Assembly (NCBI RefSeq): GCF_001194135.2
Contig: NC_068984.1
Location: forward strand, 118,488,680 to 118,552,679
Origin: Octopus bimaculoides
Lineage: Eukaryota
Length of the DNA stretch: 64,000 bases
Reading direction: 5' to 3'
The notes under the pieces: model-generated
The model's input: only the letters and a program-made list of their open reading frames with translations
Databases searched by the model: none
What the model was told of the DNA's origin: nothing
Part shown: positions 38,251 through 51,569 of the stretch, in pieces
Layout: each line of letters begins with the position of its first letter
Position numbering within the stretch: the first letter of the stretch is position 1
Translations under genes and position numbers: made by a program

Positions 38251-38377
38251 TGTTAATGTCTATACTTCCACATTACATATGTTCTTGTCAAGACTTCCAA
38301 GAAACACTCACCCTTCTAACTATGGCACTATTTCTCAGCTGCTGTAACTATACAAGAACATAATTGCACATACTCCT

Positions 38378-38418
<41 letters not shown>

Positions 38419-38419
38419 A

Positions 38420-38688
38420 GCTACCAGTAATCCCACTTCTTGGAATCACTTCCTCTGCCACTCATCCTGTGTTCCCAACATCATCCCTTGCCACTGTATA
38501 TCCACTGACAGTTCCCTTTCCCCTGAACACCCTCTCATATCTTCCACCAATGCTCCATTTTGGATTTCCATCTGTTCTCTGTTACTATGCATCTTCTCTC
38601 TCTCTCTCTCTCTCTCTCTCCTCCACATTTCATTTCATCTCACTATTTCTCATCTATCTACAGTTTTATTATATTGTTCTCCAACCTC

Positions 38689-38741
<53 letters not shown>

Positions 38742-39330
38742 GTGTATATCACACATTGTCCTTACATTCCCCGTACTTGTCTCTCTCCTTTCACCTCCTT
38801 GATTCTCTGCTCCTATTCTCTTTCTCTATTCACTTTCTTGTACCTTGAGAGTATAACCCTTTCACCTGATTTCCACTATCCTTTCTCTTGTTCCTGCTGG
38901 GATAGCCATGTATCTTGCCTCAAAGTATCATCTTTATATACATTACTGGGCTTCTTGCCCAATCTGTTCATCAAGCCTTCCTCACCATCCCTTGTCTTTC
39001 TATCATAGATCTGTCCATCACTTGCCAAACTGCAGTATTTTACTGCTGTAATTAAATGAATGCACAATGTTTCCTCATCTTTTTATGATAACCTCTTCAC
39101 TTGGCATTCATCCTTCATTCTTAACATTGTCGCTCTCCACTTACATTTTACACTGATCATCTTTTTGAGCGACTAAATTATCACTCCCTCTCTCCTGAGC
39201 AACATCCTGTTGACTTGCTCCTATCGCTTTACATCTCTCTCCCCATACACTATGGTCATCTTTTCTCACACATTCTTAACAATCTACGCACCTGCATATC
39301 ATTTCCCTTTCTTTCCTGCTTCCTCTGTCT
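38420..39330 (-). mobile_element. Probable RTE-type LINE fragment on the minus strand
   Basis: Purine-rich, coding-like minus strand interrupted by microsatellites, similar in character to 60480-62000. No clean motif was read. Boundaries approximate. Confidence 0.45.
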
Positions 39331-39483
39331 GCTTTAAATTTTAAAGGGTTAAAACAAGAAATTTGTATCGAAGAATCAGGGTGACTTGGTGTCAAAAGGG
39401 TTTAGAAAATCTTCCTAAAACTTTCTTTCATAAAGAATTGGTACTCAGTCTTTTCAAAGTAAATATTTTTATATTTATATATA

Positions 39484-40351
39484 CAGGGTATCCCAAAAGT
39501 TACCGATGAGTTTCAATTTTTAATAACTTCCTTAACCTTACAAATAAATGCATGAAATTTTAATACAATATAAAGGACTTAATGGAAATTAATATGCACA
39601 GGTCAAATTTTGCAACACCACTACATCACAAATGAAAAATGACATCACTTAAATGGCAGCCATTTTTGGCTTCGCAAAACTTGCACCATAACATCCTCAA
39701 GAGTTTCAGACTCCACTTCTCTGATTTCTCTATTGATGTTCTTCAGTTGCACCAGGGTCTCCGATTTGTTGACATAAACCCACTGTTTCAGGTATCCCTT
39801 AAGAAAAAATCTGGGCTAGTCAAGTCTGGGGAACATGAAGGCCAGTTGATATTGCTGTAGCAAGAGATTATTTTCTCTCAAAAGCATGACCATAGCAACT
39901 GCATTGTTTCTCTTGCGATATAAGCAGTTGCTCCCTCTTGCTGTAACTATGTAGGAGGTCTACTTTGAATGGCCTTCTTGTTCCCCAGACTTGACTATCC
40001 CGGATTTTTTCTTGTGGAGATACCTGAAAGAGAAGGTTTACATCAACAAACTGGAGACCCTGGTGCAACTGAAAGAGAACATCAATAGGAAAATCAGAGA
40101 AGTGGGGTCTGAAACTCTTTAGGGTGTTATGGTGCAAGTTTTGGGAAGAGCACGGGCATGTGAAGCCGAAAATGGCTGCCATTTAAGAGATGTCATTTTT
40201 CATATGTGATGTAGTGGTATTGCAAAATTTGACTTGTGCATATTAATTTGCATTATGTCCTTTATATTGTATCAAAATTTCATGCATTTATTTGTAAAGT
40301 TAAGGAAGTTATTAAAAATTGAAACCCATCAGTGACTTTTGGGACACCCTG
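39484..40351. mobile_element. Fold-back Tc1/mariner derivative: two transposase 3' ends head-to-head
   Basis: TA-flanked, with ends CAGGGTATCCCAAAAGT and ACTTTTGGGACACCCTG. Arms ~39484-39847 and ~39968-40351 are inverted copies. The right arm encodes WPSCSPDLTIPDFFLWRYLKEKVY...GCHLRDVIFHM*. Confidence 0.9.
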
Positions 40352-42109
40352 TAGATACAATTTTTCTCTTTAAAACAGTTTATTTTTTTATTAATAATGT
40401 CTTATTAAAATTAAGGTGTGTACTGTCCATGTAATATGATTTCTGTGATGTTGGGAATGCTAGGATTCCTCAATGATATGAGTTTAGGAACTGAACCACT
40501 CTATTAGATAAAAAAGCTGACAGTTCTAAATTAATTCAGAAAGTACTTCTGCTGCTATGCATGATGCTCTTCTTAATGCTCAGTGTCAGGAATGTTTTTT
40601 TCTGTGATGAGTTAAATAAAACTTTCAAATCTGCTTTGCTTTTAATCTCTCTCTTTGATCATTTATTTTCCACCATCCCAGTCAGTTCTAAATGTCATTT
40701 TATATCTTCTTTGTCCTGTTCACATTTAGTTTGTCTACATCCATATACTCCACCACCTATTCTTATTTTAATATAAAAGTGATAGTGATTTAGGTCAAGC
40801 AGATTTGCAAGTTTCTCAGTTGTAGATATTAAAATGTCCTCCTGCATAATATTGTCTACAAATGAGACATTTATATATTTGATATTTCTTTATCTTGTTC
40901 ACATTTAGTTTCATCTGCATCAGTATGCTTTGCCATTGTAATGAAAACAATGCTGATTTAGGTCAAGCATTCTTGTGCATTTCTCACATGAAAGTATTAG
41001 AATGTACTCAAGACTTTTTTTTTTTTTCAAATATTTATTTACATTTCTACTATTTCAATTATTAATAAAGCTATACTGCAAATTGTTGAAGTGACTTGTC
41101 ATTTGTTAATGACTTACAGTTATATCTTTCATCATTCTATGCAATTCCAATTGAATTAGATAAACTGTGTTAAATTTAGCTTGTTTAGATACTTGCCTCC
41201 TCGTTAATTTGTAAATTTCATTTATAATTTTTAATTTCATTTTGAAATTATACTCCCAAACTTTAAACAAGAATAAAATACTCAAATGTTAATTACATTG
41301 ACATTGCAACAACTATTCATATTATATCGGTATGATTCCACGTTGTTTTTACTTTTGTGTTTTTAGACTTCAGTTTCAGCTCATAGAAACTCTTAAATGA
41401 CATCAGAGATGTTTGATGAGAAAGCTGATTTGTAAATCATTCATATTAACTGACAGTAGTCTTGTATCAAATAAACTTTCATGTGCACACCTTAATTATA
41501 TAAGAATTAAATTACATTTTTTTTTTTTTCCCATTTACTTTGGTATTTGATCAAAATAATTTCCATACTTCATATAGAACCTGTTAAGCAGTAAGACAGG
41601 CTGGTAATTTTTGTGATAAATGGCTTAGTTAGTAATTTAAGGTGCAAATTACACATTTTATCTACATCCTGCTAAGTTTACTTCATCATCATCGTCATCA
41701 TTTAATGTTGATGTTCCATACTGGTATGGGTTGGACAGTTTGACATATCTGTGGGGCCGAGGACTGCATCATGTGCCAGTGTCTGTTTTGGCTTGGATTC
41801 TGTGGTGGCTGGATACCCTTCCTAACACCAGCCACTTCACAGTGTGTATTGGATGTTGTTTTATTATTTATTTTTATGGCCACCAGCACTAGTGAGGACA
41901 TCATGCAGTTTGTAAGACTACAACCCCAGTGGTGGTGGGGTGGGGTAGCGTTATTCTAGGAAATGAGGAGTTACAGCATGAAAGAAGGGAGAAGAGCAGG
42001 TTTCTTGCTGTAGATGAGCTACATAACTACTCGTGTTTTGATGAGAGGGTGAGAATAAAAATCTGAAGCTGTTGATTCATCTGGTTTACTCTTTAGATTA
42101 CAGCGAAAG

Positions 42110-42442
42110 GAATTAGGAATCTTGAAGAATTTTAGTCTAATGAATCCACCCTCGTATTCATTCTTTTTTAACGCTTGGTACTTATTCTCTCAGTTTCTCT
42201 GGTTGAACTGCTAAGTTACTGGGATGTGAACACACCAACACTAGTTGTCATGCAATGGTAGGGAACACACACATACACACGCACACAACGAGCTTCTTTC
42301 AGTTTCCATCTACCCAATCCACTCACTAGGCTTTGGTTGGCCCCAAGCTTTAGTAGAAGACACCCAAGGTGACACTCAGTGGAACTGAACACAGAATCAT
42401 GTGGTTGGAAAGCAAACTTCCTATCACACAGCCACACCTGCA
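42110..42442 (-). mobile_element. SINE-A diverged copy 370 bp upstream of the 42815 exon
   Basis: CTGCTAAGTTACTGGGATGTGAAC...CACACAGCCACACCTGCATC. Confidence 0.8.
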
Positions 42443-42814
42443 TCTATATATGTCTGTATGAGTGAATGTGTTTTTTTTATTCCCACCCTCTTTCTTTAAG
42501 TCTGTTTGTTGGTTGTAAATAACAGGTCATTCAAACCATGTTGTTTGTTTCTAGTTCTCCTAGTAACCATGTTTGGGTTGTTTGTAATTCAATAATCATT
42601 ACTCTGCTTGGAAATAGGTGAGGGTTGGCATCTGGAAGAGCGTCTGTTCCATTGTCCTAGTCTCTTTCTTTTGACCTATCCAAATATGGAAAAGTAATTC
42701 TAAAATGATCATAGCGATGTTTATGATACAGCTGCTGCTAAGTTTTTAATGAAAATATTTGCAGCTTTTAATATTTTTTCACTATAACTTGATTATTTAT
42801 ATTTTATATTACAG

Positions 42815-42962
42815 AGGCATTGCCACATCATTTGAAGGTAAACATGGCAGCATCCGATATTGGCTAAAAGCAGAAATGGACAAACCTTGGGCTTTCAATC
42901 ATAAAACCAAAAAAGCCTTTACTGTAATATCCCCAATTGATATAAACAAACCTGAATATCAG
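42815..42962 (+). CDS. ARRDC3: Alpha-arrestin (ARRDC3-like) internal coding exon (probable exon 3)
   Basis: ttacag| acceptor and CAG|gtagat donor. 148 nt, phase 2 to phase 0, encoding (G)GIATSFEGKHGSIRYWLKAEMDKPWAFNHKTKKAFTVISPIDINKPEYQ, the diagnostic TSFEGxHGSxRYWxKA...IDIN segment. Confidence 0.97.
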
Positions 42963-43255
42963 GTAGATATATTTAACTTTAGAAATATTTATAACTTCTC
43001 CTCAAATTATATATTTAAAAACTTTTTTTGAAGGTTATATATAGATTAGTTTCTAGCAAGAAACTAAAGAATATAATGCAGTGTTTATTCATGATCCAAT
43101 GAGTTTCATTTTTTTGTTTTTTTTAAATGAATATATTTCAGTGTTTATATTAAATTCTAAAATTGCTGATAAGTGAGTTAGAAAAAAATGTTGGGAAATA
43201 TATTTTATTGCAAAATTATGTTATGTCTGTCATCTGCTATTTTCTCTTTCTTTTT

Positions 43256-43287
<32 letters not shown>

Positions 43288-44896
43288 TTCTTTTCATTTT
43301 TAGAGAGTTAATATTGTGATATCTTTTCCTCCATTAAATCTAGTTATGAAACAGGAGAATCAGTTACCTGATATTTTATGTTAAGAAAGAACAAAAAAAA
43401 AAAAACATAAAATATTTATGCTGAAAATAAAATAAAGAGAAAAAAATTATGGTTTATGTAACTTTTGTAGAGCTTTATAGAAATTAGTCTTGCAAACATT
43501 CAGATAATTGAAGTGCTGCTACTCAAGCAGTAAAATAAAGTTTACCACCTAAGGATGATCTATTCTTGGTGTGTTTTTCACAGAAAAAAAACCAAACAGC
43601 TGCAACTTCAAAACATGGATGTAAGAGCTTCCAGAATTACTGAAGGTACCTGTTTCAAATCCATCAAAATTTTCAATAGAATTATTTCATTCTCAAAGTT
43701 TCCTAGTTAAAATAGTCTGCCTCTCCCATTTTTTTTTTTTTTGTGTCATGTAATTTCTTTGATGCACACATATATGAAGAAATATTTTCAACCTTAGCAT
43801 TTAAAGACTCTATAATTGTAATTTAAAAAAAAAAATTGTATAGTAATCATCTTACAGTTGACTGTATGGAATAAATATTTTAATAAATTTGATCGGATTT
43901 AGAAATACTATTTAATGCTCCATTGACTTTTTCAACATCATTTTTATGAAAGGCTTTTTTTTCTTCATAATTATTAATTCATAAATTGGGTTCTACAATT
44001 TAGATTTCATTCTTTTAGATTTGGTTTCATAAAGAATCTGAAAGCTTTAAATTTCTTCGATAAGTTTTCTTTGTGAGGAACATCAGTATGTTTACCGCTA
44101 TAAAATTGCCCTATAAAATTGCCCTTCAAAATTATATATATGTATACATACATATGCTTATACACACATACTTGTATGTCTATATACACCTTAGAGTGCA
44201 TTTTGAAATTGCCAATATCTATTATAAGCTAATAGACAGAGTTTTTTTTAACATATCTTCAATAATAGACAGTAATTTTAAATTAAAACTATAAATTAAA
44301 TCATAAAAGTTATGTATAATTATGCTATTTAGCATAATTATACTCCTCAGTCTCTACAGGAATTGGTCCAATCTCCAATAACCAGTTAGTGTGTCTCGTT
44401 CTCAAGAAAGGCAAACTTTCTAATCTTACTGACTCAACACATCACTCCCACTTCCAACATTTCAAAAGTACTGTAAAGAGAAACAAAAGGATTAATAAAG
44501 AAACATAATCATTTTTATGTAGTGCTTCCCTGAGATGTATAATATATTTCAAGAGTTCTGCAAGAATAAAAATGTTGGGAAACGCTGCTGTATATGATAA
44601 ATGAGCATTGTTTTAAATGATGGTAAGATGGTAAAAATTATTCAACTTTTGAAATTCCAAATTGTTGTTGATATTATAAGCTTATTTTTGTTGATAAGGA
44701 AATGGTTTCAAGTTCTCTGAAATTATTTGGTCTTCTTTCTTTATTTTTTTTTTAATTGTAAATGTATATAATTAATATAATGATTTAATAAAAATATCTT
44801 TTTTATTTGTGAATTATCTCTAAGAAACTAATTTAAACCATATACTTAAATCTTACACACACACACATGTAAATACTTTGCTGAAAAATTTATATA

Positions 44897-45056
44897 GGCA
44901 CAGGCGTGGCTGTGTGGTAAGAAGCTTACTTCCCAACCACATGGTTCTGGATTCAGTCCCGCTGCGTGGCACTTTGGGCAAGTGTCTTCTCCTATAGCCT
45001 TGGGTCGACCAAAGCCTTGTGATTAGATTTGGTAGACGGAAACTGAGGGAAGCCCA
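44897..45056 (+). mobile_element. SINE-A head and 5' body
   Basis: AGGCACAGGCGTGGCTGTGTGGTAAGAAGC...GGAAACTGAGGGAAGCCC. Confidence 0.85.
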
Positions 45057-45476
45057 TAATTTATGTATATATTAATATTATCTTGGTTGAAAAAACTTTG
45101 ATAATGTAAATATGTTAATAGTTACCAGGGTAGCAAAAATTATACGAAAACTGGGATATCATACCTGGTTAATGGGTAGAAATTCCATGTTAAAGTGATG
45201 TATTTTGAGTAGATATGAATAATAATAATAAATGGAGCAAAACGCATATGATCAATAAGTTCCTTTATATATATATATATATATATATNNNNNNNNNNNN
45301 NNNNNNNNNNNNNNNNNNNNNNNNNNNNNNNNNNNNNNNNNNNNNNNNNNNNNNNNNNNNNNNNNNNNNNNNNNNNNNNNNNNNNNNNNNNNNNNNNNNN
45401 NNNNNNNNNNNNNNNNNNNNNNNNNNNNNNNNNNNNNNNNNNNNNNNNNNNNNNNNNNNNNNNNNNNNNNNNNNNN

Positions 45477-45517
<41 letters not shown>

Positions 45518-46618
45518 GTATATATTCATTAATATTTAGCAGAAGTAACAGAGTAACTTAAGGTCCAAGAGTTTCATGCATTGGCACTTAACAAACTTAT
45601 GTATATATAATTACAGGAATACCTTTTGGATATGTAAACCCTGTTTCCACGTGCTGATTTATTTTGAAGTAGTGCCAAATGATATGCACACTATTTAGTA
45701 TGCAACTTCCTGAGAAATTTCATTATCACAGTTGTTATAGTTTAATTATTAGTAGTTTTATATATCAGGTATGGCAGATGAAAGCTTACAAGTCCCAGAT
45801 TGAAGCTAGTAGCTTTGTTGTCAGTCACGTAACTTATTTTAAAAAAATGTCGAGCTTATAATTGCAATATTATTATTTTTAGTGTGTTGTAACTCTTTCG
45901 AGATCAACTTGCTCAACAACCCCCCATCTCTGGTTCTATGACATAAACTCCCCATTTTAAAGTGACCTAGATTAAAATCTTCCATCAAAATTTCATGCTA
46001 ATTTATGTCCCAAATGCCAGATTTAATAATGATAAAGTGACTTTTTAAAATAATTTTTTTCAAATTAATACAAACAAAGTCAGTGTGTTTGAACAGAAAT
46101 ACGGGAACAAAAGAGTTAAGCATGGAAACATATTCTAAACACTTAAACTGTCGTATACTATTTTATTAGATTATCAAGTCATAGAATGTGTAAACCATTT
46201 TACTTCTAAATAGAAATCTACAATAAACTATTTTATTTTTATTTCTTAAAATGCAGTTTTTCTACAGTTTATTTATTTTGTACTCTTAGAAAATATTCAT
46301 TGTAAAACCTGTGTCTTGAACATTTGAAATGTTTCATATGCTATTTATAAAATTAATATATCCTTATTTGTTCTTCAGTTTACTGAATCTTATTTTCTAT
46401 AGTTATTTCAAATAAATTGACTTGATATATCAAAAATATAATTCTTCTTTTGTTTAGAATACTGAATTTCTGAACTGAAATAACTGCTCACCACTCTATT
46501 TGTCCAGTGAATGCATAATTATTCTTTTATGCATTTCATCTCAAAGGCTGTGGCCATGCTGGGGTCATCACATGCGACTACAATACTTTTAGCTTTCATT
46601 TTTTTAGTCAGAAGAATA

Positions 46619-46890
46619 GTGAAGGCACATGGTCTAGTGGTTAGGATGTTGCACTCACAGCCTTGTATTTGTGGTTTCAATCCCTGGACCAGGTGGTGTA
46701 TTCTTGAGCAAAATACTTTATTTTCTGTTGCTCCGTTGAGTCTACTCAGATGAAAAGGTGTTCCAGAAATAGCTGGGAAGTTAACCCTGCAACAGATTGG
46801 CATCCCATTGTGTCAGGAGTGATGTAATAACCATTACTTATATGCCATGGAAACCAGGTAACCAGCTTTATGAGTCCTAAGTCTAAGAAA
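46619..46890 (+). mobile_element. SINE-D: older tRNA-headed SINE with a V-domain-like core; relatives at ~31140-31355(-), 32830-33175(-) and 54950-55080(-)
   Basis: GTGAAGGCACATGGTCTAGTGGTTAGGATG (A box), GGTTTCAATCCCTGG (B box), and AACCCTGCAACAGATTGGCATCCC resembling the V-SINE core. The V-domain assignment is inferred. Confidence 0.65.
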
Positions 46891-48541
46891 CAGAGTGCTC
46901 ATGACTTTTGATATGACCTCCGAGTCTAATGAGGAAGAAAGGGAAGAGGAGGCCATGACATATGGGTTATGCTCAGATCAGAGACCTAGTTTGAATACAT
47001 TAACCCTTTTGATCCCAACCAACACCAGGCTGTCCTGGACCTGTGACAATATTTTTTCATGTTTTAAATTGATCTAAATTTAAACCTTCCATTAAAATTT
47101 CATATGAATTTATTGGCACAGATGTAACTGTTGAGAAATTTTGCTTTCCAACCATCTGGTCTCAGGTTCAGTCCTACTGCATGGCATCTTGGGAAACATC
47201 CAGCTCTCAAATATCTGCCTCAGTAAATTTGTTTGGACTAGACAAGCATGGAAAAGTGGATATTAAAATGACGATGATTATGATGATAATGTTCTAAACA
47301 CCAGCCTAACAACAACAAAAGTAATTTTACAAAACTTCAGCCTATTCAAGATTAATTAAAATAAAGGCAGTGTATTTCAGCAGAAATATGGTAACGAAAG
47401 ACTTAAAAGGCAACCAAGAACTAGGGGATAGTGTTAAAGTAGGCAACAGATTTAATCTGTTAGGTACCTTACATAAAGTGGAACTATTGTAATGACATAC
47501 AAGTTTTAAGAAAGAAACATAGATATCAGAAATGATGAAGGAATAAGTAAACAGACCAAAAAAGGAAAACTATCTACAACTGCCTTAGATTAAGAGAAAA
47601 CTAAACTATTTCAAATTTATGTGATACTAGTGCTATGAAATGCAATTCTACTGATAACACAGAAAATCTTTAGTAACTTTGATCAATTTTCTGATTTATC
47701 TTTTCTTTCTATTCCTTCAGACTTTCCATATTAAGTATGGATGGTTGTTGTTTTGTTGGAATCATTGATTTGATTTTTAGGGTGACTGTTGCTTTCTCTG
47801 CTACTAGTAATTCAACTCTGATGTAGGAGTAGCATTTAAGGCAATCATAGCCAACCTGTGGTTCGTGAGACTTTGACTGACATATCTAAATGAAAAATTA
47901 CTTTAAATTTTTTAGTAGTACAACCTGCCTGATGATGAGCCATGTCTCATGTGGCCCTCTTCTTGAAAAAGGTTACTATACCCAATTCAAGGTAAACCTA
48001 AAGGAAGTAGTTACATTTCTTATCCTGAACAGCAATACAGTGAGTGTAGTAGTAGTAATGAAGATTTGCTATTTGACCATATAGCCTTTACATCAGTACA
48101 TTAGTCTCACACGTATTGTACTGTGGTTGTAATAGTAAAACTGAGGTCTTGTCTTCTGACGATATGGTCTATACTCTTATATCTTAGTCTCACAGTAACA
48201 GTCTTTTAACGATGAAATTTTATTTAGAAAATTACAAAGGAGAAAAGCTGTTGTATTTATGTTTATTTTTACACAGATTTAAGAGAAAACAATGTAAACA
48301 TTTCTTTTAGAAACAACACTGAATATTTCAAGCTTCACCAAAGGATCTTAAAAACATGAAATAACTATTTGATTGATATTCATGATATAAATGTATCATA
48401 ATCTTTATCATTCAGGTTTAACTTATATCAAAGAAATATACTTTGGTATTTTTTTATTATTTCATTTTAAATTTAATTACTTTCTTTCTCTGTTTAAAAA
48501 TCTGTAAATCATTGACGTCTCAATTTTTTTTTACCATTTAG

Positions 48542-48644
48542 ATTCAGGTTGAAAATAACATTGAAAAAACTTTATGTTGCTGGTTATGTACATCAGGACC
48601 TATTTCTATTACTGCACGCACAGATCGAAAAGGCTATTGCCCAG
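48542..48644 (+). CDS. ARRDC3: Alpha-arrestin (ARRDC3-like) internal coding exon, start of arrestin-C domain (probable exon 4)
   Basis: catttag| acceptor and CCAG|gtcagt donor. 103 nt, phase 0 to phase 1, encoding IQVENNIEKTLCCWLCTSGPISITARTDRKGYCP(G); compare human ARRDC3 [28 protein letters not shown] (recalled). Confidence 0.97.
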
Positions 48645-50654
48645 GTCAGTTATTTTCTGTTTTGTGTGGGCACTTTCTAAAAGTTTCTTTTTTGGATGAA
48701 AGTAAGCACATTCTAGAAATTTGCTTCAACATACAGCTTCTGCAATTTTTTAATTTTTATGGCTTAGTCAGAGGCCATGACCTTTTCCATGGCCTTTGTG
48801 ACTAATGGAGTGGAAATGAGGAAGAAAGCATTAGTAATGGGCTGCTACTGAAGGAAGCAGTGCCTCAAGTTACTGAGTTATACTAAGAATGGAAATCTGA
48901 TTTAAATATTTGCAGCAAAGTGGACTTTACTAAAGTACCCCAAGGCCAAGTGGTGGTAGTCTTAAACTGGTCAGTAGATTAAACTTATCTAAAAACAGTT
49001 ACTATCCTACTGATAGATTTCCACTGTTCCAATCTATACAATTTCATTTACAAAACTTAGATCATCTCAAAGTACCATCAAGTGAGAGCGAACCTGCAAC
49101 TGTTTAATTGCTAAAGTAAATTTCGTAATTAGACGAAATGAGTTTTAAGATGTGTTTTAATTGAAAAATCAAAATCATTGTTTAAAATAAAGAAATTGTC
49201 ATGTTGAATGTGAATATAGTTGGTAATTGAATGATATGTAGATAATATTCAATCAAATTCATTATACAAATTAATTTGGTAATGAAAATTAAAATCTTCG
49301 ATTAATATGAGATGTAAGTACTTGTGTATATTATTATGTCCCCATTTCCCACTGCTATATAGTGATATATGTTTAAACTTGAGTTAGCCTTCATATTTAC
49401 ACAAAACCATATGCTTTCATGTAGAAGCATATAGCTGAGTAGGTAGGGTATCAAGTTTAGGAAATGCAGACATTTTAAAGCACTTGAAGCAGTTTCTGGC
49501 AAGACACTTAATTGTACATTGCCTCAGTTGTCTGCTTAAGTTTTTAGTTGTGATTGATTTATTTTGTATCATGAAAATATTTATTCTTTCATCTATTTAA
49601 TGCTATAGAAATCTGAGATAAGCATCAGCCTTATGAACTCTTATTATACATAAAAGGATAAACTTAGTCTTTAATCTTTCAACATTTGTATGACATTTTA
49701 TCATTTTAAACCAACAACTAAGTATTAAAATTGATTGAATAATGTTGCTTTAAAAGCACAGTGTCTGAAATAATGATGATTATAAGATTGCTTGATTAAG
49801 GATGACTTGGACCTAAATAATAGCAATGACCTTGTTACCCAGTTCTCATCCACATCTTGAATATTTTCATTTTCTAAGTGAATGTTCCTTATAATTCACC
49901 TCCTCTGTTTTGTAATTTATACTGTATTTTCAACAGATCATCCATATGTCATTCTGTCTTCAAATTTCCTGTCTTTTTCTTTCCTTGATCATATTTTATT
50001 GCCATGTTCCATATATTTCTTTCATGTACATCATACAATTTAGCTTTCTTATGAGAGTCGTCCTGACTTTAGACCTAAATTGTTTATCACTGCTGCAAAA
50101 ATTGGATATATATACATACAATTTCAAATAAATTGTTGCTTTTTGCACATAAAATTATTTTTTTTTTACAAAATGAAATCCCAACTTAGTATTACTTTAT
50201 CTAGACACTTATTGAAGTTGAATTAGCAAAATTTTAATTACAAGAAGAATTTAATTTTTAGACATGTTTTCATCATTAATTTTTATCATTAATTTCAATC
50301 ATTTCCATAAAATTGCATTCTTCTATAGTTTTTTTTTCCTTTTGGCAATTGATAGAACAATGACAACAATGTCTCTGAGATTGTATCCTTAGAATCCTGG
50401 ATTACTGTATTAACTCTACAATAAGTAGGGTTAACTGATATGAGCCAAGAAATGTTATTAGGATTTAAAAAATTTTGCAATATGTATCTATATAACTATG
50501 CAACTATTAATGACTCTTAAAAGTTATTTATTTATATTTTGAGAAGCTCTTGTATGTTTAATGTGTGTGAAGACTGTGTGAAATTGTTCTGACAAAAAAA
50601 ATTTGAAGGGTTGGATACCCTTTCTTCATTTCTGGTTTAGAGAAATAATATTGA

Positions 50655-51165
50655 TTGTCATCATCATCATCTTATGGTCTGCTTTCCTATGCTTACATGG
50701 GTCACACAGAGTTTAGTGAAACAAATTTTCTCCTGCTGGATGCTCTTCTTGTTACCAACCCTCACCTGTTTCCAAGTAAATTGATATTTCCTCATGACCA
50801 GTTATGTCTTGGAAGAGTGGAAATGATGTGTCATAATGACACACATCATTGTGAGATGGTGACATTCACTTGTAACTATAACATGATGTCAAGGCAAGGA
50901 GACAGTAACACACATATGCACATGCACAGACATGCACCTATACATATTTGAAACACACATATACACGCACAAACATGCATGCATACATATATAAAACACA
51001 CACACACACACACACTCACATCCATTAGGCTCCTTTCAGTTTCCATCTACCAAATCCACACACAAGGCTTCAAAGACACTTGTTCAAGGTACCATGCAGT
51101 GGGATTGAATCCAATGCCATGTGGTTGGGAAGCAAACTACTTACCACATCATTGTGTCTGCACCT
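50655..51165 (-). mobile_element. SINE-A (GAT)-tail variant
   Basis: (CAT)n tail on the + strand at 50658 and head at ~51100-51165. Boundaries approximate. Confidence 0.68.
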
Positions 51166-51537
51166 CCTGTATTGAAACCATTTCAGCTCTCTATCACAAT
51201 AATTACCTTATGATTCTTTCTATTTTCATGTGCTGTTTTTATCTGTTATATAGGACAGTGGTTTGACCCCCCCCCCCCTGGACTTCCTTCATTATAGTCA
51301 AGTTAAGTGAAATTCCCTAATTGTTTAGCAATTATCAGCAGACTGCATTAGAAAAGCTTGCATTGCAATTGTTTAGCCCCCTCCCTCCCCAATTCCCTTC
51401 ACCTTCCCAGTCTCCGCCTCCCCCACCAATCCCATGAGGTGGGGAATTTTCCTTTTTTTTTTCCTTTTTTGTTCTTATCCTGTCTTGCAATTTACTTGGA
51501 AACCTAACTTGTGCCAGTGGCACAAAAAAAAAATTTT

Positions 51538-51569
<32 letters not shown>

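Noticed and set aside
38364-39008. 214-aa ORF, the longest in the track
   Set aside because: Built from poly-T, (CT)n and (AT)n tracts on the antisense strand of a LINE relic.
47929-47950. CTGATGA-TGAG(CCATGT)CTCA, resembling the 5' half of the 34801 hammerhead
   Set aside because: No GAAA box follows and there is no helix I. At best a deleted relic, and possibly chance.
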